Assembly: GCA_051532055.1 (NCBI GenBank) | Contig: JAOPTX010000010.1 | Coordinates: forward strand, 167,613-197,690 | Direction: 5' to 3' | Length of the DNA: 30,078 nucleotides | Source of the DNA: Fibrobacterales bacterium | Lineage (GTDB): Bacteria > Fibrobacterota > Fibrobacteria > Fibrobacterales > JAOPTW01 | Part shown: one piece after another, positions 26,675 to 30,078 of the stretch | Layout of the letters: every line of letters starts with the position of its first letter | How positions within the stretch are numbered: position 1 is the first letter of the stretch | Made by a program: the position numbers and the translations under genes | The notes under the pieces: model-generated | The model's database searches: none | The model's input: the letters and a program-made list of their open reading frames with translations, nothing else | What the model was told of the DNA's origin: nothing

Positions 26675-28867
26675 ATGAAAATGAAAATTGGGAAGTACAA
26701 TAAAATTATTTCGTTAGCGTTTCTTTTGTGTTTCACTTGTATAAGTAGTGCGAGTGAAAATGTATCACTGAGAGGCTCAAGTATCAGTGATACTCTTGCA
26801 GAGAGTATTGAGGTAAATGATGCTCCAAAAAATGTTGAGTTAGTTACTTCTGATAGTGAATTTTCTCTTACGGTCGATACCATGTCTCATGTAGGTATTC
26901 GTGGTGTGGTAAGAGCTTTTAATGATAAACAAGGTTTTAAAGCCAAGCATGCGGTGGAAAAAGTATCACTACTGTTGTGTAGTGGCTCTCTCGTAAAAAC
27001 AGAATCAAGTGATGAATTTAAGTATGGTTACAAATGTAATGGTACTGTTTTTAAACAAATTCATTCGGATATCGATGGACGATTTTCCATTGCACAAATT
27101 CCGAAAGGAACCTATTCTGTTGCTGTGCTTAAAAAACAACACTCTCTCTTTTCATCAACAGTAATAACTCAAAGTGGAGTTCCCACTGAATTACAGATTG
27201 TTGTTGTGAAAAGGCCTGATTTTAAATTGATGATCTTTTTTGTGATCGGAGGGTTAGGTATATTTCTTTTAGGTATGCGTTTTCTTTCTGATGGTCTCCA
27301 GACAGTTTCTGGACCGACTCTTAAGCGTATGATTAGCCTTGTCACCGATAATAGATTACTTGCAACGGGCGTTGGTGTCGTTGTAACTGGAGTGGTTCAA
27401 TCAAGCTCTATTACGACCGTGATGGCGGTTGGTTTTGTGAATTCGGGAATAATGGCGCTTAATCAGGCGATAGGGGTCATACTCGGTGCTAATATTGGGA
27501 CAACTATAACCGGTTGGATCATGGTGCTTAAAATAGGGAAATGGGGCCTTCCAATTATTGGGGTTTGTGTTTTTATTTATCTCTTCTCGAAGCGTGAAAA
27601 AATTAAGTACCTTGCGTTGGCGCTTATGGGACTCGGAATGATTTTCTTTGGTCTTGAACTCATGAAAGATGGATTCAAGCCAGTTAAAAATATGCCTGAG
27701 TTTATCGAGTGGTTTACCATGGTAAATGCGACTTCATTTGTCAATGTGATTAAATTGGCATCTATAGGATGTGTTCTTACCATGATAGTACAGTCCTCTT
27801 CAGCTACCCTTGGTATTGTGATTGGACTCGCGTCTACTGGTGTTCTTGAATTTGAAACTGCTGCTGCTCTTGTCGTAGGTGTGAATATAGGTACAACTAT
27901 TACAGCACTCATAGCGTCTATTGGAGTAAACACCAATGCACGGCGTGTTGCCTATTTCCACTGTATATTCAATGTCGTCGGGGCCTTGTGGGTTATTGTG
28001 ATATTCTATCAATATCTTGATATTGTTCGCATGCTTGTTCCCGAAGTTGAGGTAAATGGGGTAAAAGAATTTCCAATTCTTGCAGGTATTGCTATGACTC
28101 ATACGGTCTTTAATATTGTGAATACAGTGGTCTTCCTGCCTTTTACTGGGGTGATAGGAAATTTCTTAATGAAGATTGTGAAGGATAAGAAAATAGCTTC
28201 AAAAGACCTTGTCACAAACTTGCAGTACTCAATGCTCTCATCTCCCTATGCATCTATACAGCAATCAAAAATTGAAATTGATAAGATGGAGAAGAGTGCT
28301 AAAGAGATGATGGATGATCTAAGATTGATATTCTCGGGTTCTGAAAAGAAAGATGTGTATATTAAAAAAGTTTTTAAGGATGAAGATAAGCTTGATCTTA
28401 TGCAAAAGGAAGTAACTGAATTTCTTACTGAGTTTTTAAGTACTCAAATCCCTCAAGATGTTGCTGAGACTGCGAAGGACCATTTGAGAATGTGTGATGA
28501 ACTTGAGTCCGTGAGTGATTATGTAATGCAGATTCTAAAATTAAAACTTCGTTTGGAAGAGAATGACACTCGCTTTTCTTCGGAGCAGGTAAGTAATATC
28601 ATCGAGCTCCATGATACGGTTAAATCATTTTTTGATTACGTCATGGAATGTGGATCTAAAGAAGGAGTTCGAGATAAGTTTGCTGAGATTCTTGAAAAGA
28701 GTGATCAGATAACGCGTAAAATTAGAACACTGAGAAATGATTATTGGAAAATGGCCTCAGAGCAAAAAATTAATCCAATGGTCAGTACCTCATATACCGA
28801 TGTTCTCCAATCGTATCGTAAAATTAAGAATCACTTACTTAATGAAGTAGAGGTTCAAGCAGTATAA
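26675..28867 (+). CDS. nptA: Na/Pi cotransporter paralog 2, same fused architecture
   Basis: Two QSSS motifs, GANIGTT/GVNIGTT; core highly similar to paralog 1; divergent N-terminal extension of about 180 aa. Confidence 0.88.
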   Translation: MKMKIGKYNKIISLAFLLCFTCISSASENVSLRGSSISDTLAESIEVNDAPKNVELVTSDSEFSLTVDTMSHVGIRGVVRAFNDKQGFKAKHAVEKVSLLLCSGSLVKTESSDEFKYGYKCNGTVFKQIHSDIDGRFSIAQIPKGTYSVAVLKKQHSLFSSTVITQSGVPTELQIVVVKRPDFKLMIFFVIGGLGIFLLGMRFLSDGLQTVSGPTLKRMISLVTDNRLLATGVGVVVTGVVQSSSITTVMAVGFVNSGIMALNQAIGVILGANIGTTITGWIMVLKIGKWGLPIIGVCVFIYLFSKREKIKYLALALMGLGMIFFGLELMKDGFKPVKNMPEFIEWFTMVNATSFVNVIKLASIGCVLTMIVQSSSATLGIVIGLASTGVLEFETAAALVVGVNIGTTITALIASIGVNTNARRVAYFHCIFNVVGALWVIVIFYQYLDIVRMLVPEVEVNGVKEFPILAGIAMTHTVFNIVNTVVFLPFTGVIGNFLMKIVKDKKIASKDLVTNLQYSMLSSPYASIQQSKIEIDKMEKSAKEMMDDLRLIFSGSEKKDVYIKKVFKDEDKLDLMQKEVTEFLTEFLSTQIPQDVAETAKDHLRMCDELESVSDYVMQILKLKLRLEENDTRFSSEQVSNIIELHDTVKSFFDYVMECGSKEGVRDKFAEILEKSDQITRKIRTLRNDYWKMASEQKINPMVSTSYTDVLQSYRKIKNHLLNEVEVQAV

Positions 28868-28913
28868 AGGTGCTACAACTACTCAGTTAAGCGCACTATA
28901 TAGGTAATACAAT

Positions 28914-28943
28914 AAGGCTGTTTCTTTTAAAGGGCAGCCTTTT
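28914..28943 (+). terminator. Intrinsic terminator
   Basis: AAGGCTGTTT...AGGGCAGCCTT stem (G-U pairs) followed by a T-rich tail. Confidence 0.7.
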
Positions 28944-29126
28944 GTATTTTATTTAATATGGGTGCTTTTTTGCAGATTTTTGCGAATAGGGTACTTGACT
29001 GGTTCTCGATACATAAGATGGTCATTAAGATTGGGGGTATGACTGCCTTCTGCTTACCGTTATACGTGTGTAAGGTGTAAAAAATAACGACATCACTTAG
29101 TTTTTCTCGCTTTTCCACCTGCAATA

Positions 29127-29135
29127 TGATATACT
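29127..29135 (+). promoter_or_regulatory. Extended -10 promoter of HDOD gene 2
   Basis: TGATATACT about 43 nt upstream of the ATG; GAGGG RBS downstream. Confidence 0.5.
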
Positions 29136-29178
29136 GAATGCTGTATTCGTTTTCTTTGTACCTAGAGGGTAACTAGCT

Positions 29179-30027
29179 ATGTCGATAAATAGTGTTCGTG
29201 AAAAACTTATTGAGGGGTTGATTCTGGATATCCCGCTTCCACCAAAACCAGAAATACTGTTACGTTTTGTTAGAGAAAGAGAACGTGATGAACTTGACCT
29301 TGAGGGGTTTGGAAATATCATTTCAAATGATATGGCTTTGGCATTGGCTATAATTAAAACTGTAAATTCATCATTTTTTGGTTTAGAGTATGAAGTACGT
29401 TCAGTGAACCATGCAATATCAATGCTGGGATTAGAAAATATTGAGAACCTTGTACTTGCTTTTTCTTTAGAAAGGTCGTTGAGTCAAGGAGACAGTTTTT
29501 TGCTCAATCAGTTCTGGGAGACAAACCGTATAAAGGCCCTTATTGGATCGAGTCTTGCAACGAGCTATACCCGGATCTCTTCAGATTTAGCCTATACCTT
29601 TTGTCTCATATGCGATTGTGGTGTACCTGCAATTATGAGGAAAGAGCAGAGTTATGCGGAGTTTTATGCCGGTATCGCCGATAAAGTTTCAGAAGATCAT
29701 GTTACTCAAGAAGAAGATATTTATATGTATAACCATGCTCAGGTTGGAGCGCACCTTCTTAAAGAGTGGCTTGTACCAGAAGATCTCATTCTAGGTGTTA
29801 AATATCACCACCATACTGATTTGCATGCTCTTGACATAACTCATGAGGTAAAGGTTTTAATCGCCTTACAGCACCTAGCAAGTGATATATTCTCTCGCTT
29901 TTATCATAATGAGTCTTACTACTACTGGAGTAATAGCATGGGTCAAAGCCTGGACTTACTCGATATTACTGATAAAGGGCTTGCGGGAATTGAGAAAAAC
30001 TTTAAGTTATTACTCGATGAGTTGTAG
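29179..30027 (+). CDS. Stand-alone HDOD domain protein (paralog 2)
   Basis: IPLPPKP, NDMALALAIIKTVNSSFFG, SVNHAISMLGL, NHAQVG..LKEWLVP..YHH. Confidence 0.88.
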   Translation: MSINSVREKLIEGLILDIPLPPKPEILLRFVRERERDELDLEGFGNIISNDMALALAIIKTVNSSFFGLEYEVRSVNHAISMLGLENIENLVLAFSLERSLSQGDSFLLNQFWETNRIKALIGSSLATSYTRISSDLAYTFCLICDCGVPAIMRKEQSYAEFYAGIADKVSEDHVTQEEDIYMYNHAQVGAHLLKEWLVPEDLILGVKYHHHTDLHALDITHEVKVLIALQHLASDIFSRFYHNESYYYWSNSMGQSLDLLDITDKGLAGIEKNFKLLLDEL

Positions 30028-30078
30028 ATATTTTTATTTGGTTTGACAACGTAGTGGTTATACAGAAAGAGCCAGACT

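Noticed and set aside
28927..29124. Small ORFs between nptA2 and HDOD2 (65 aa on -, 40 aa on + at 28958-29080)
   Set aside because: No RBS or recognisable motif; the - strand ORF overlaps the terminator; cannot be supported.

Overview
Bacterial chromosomal window with four blocks; I saw no mobile element, CRISPR array or RNA gene. (1) Three tandem paralogous acidic LVIVD-repeat (beta-propeller-like) lipoproteins on the + strand. (2) A clostridial-type 2[4Fe-4S] ferredoxin and a complete Rnf operon in the order rseC-rnfB-C-D-G-E-A on the - strand. (3) A lipid catabolism operon on the - strand: patatin, fadD, thiolase, FadJ/FadB-type multifunctional enzyme, acyl-CoA dehydrogenase. (4) A phosphate block on the + strand bracketed by two HDOD paralogs. 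It contains an unannotated, stop-interrupted C-terminal remnant resembling pstS behind a Pho-box-like promoter, phoB-phoR, and two Na/Pi cotransporters that each carry an unusual signal peptide plus predicted extracytoplasmic beta-sandwich domain. The best candidate for an undescribed system is block 4: apparent local loss of pstS, with domain-fused NptA transporters, one sharing a lineage-specific TCTAAC 11-bp repeat promoter with phoBR. The Rnf gene order and Ser-rich lipoprotein linkers suggest the FCB group, possibly Fibrobacterota (inference only). All family calls come from motif recognition, not database searches.
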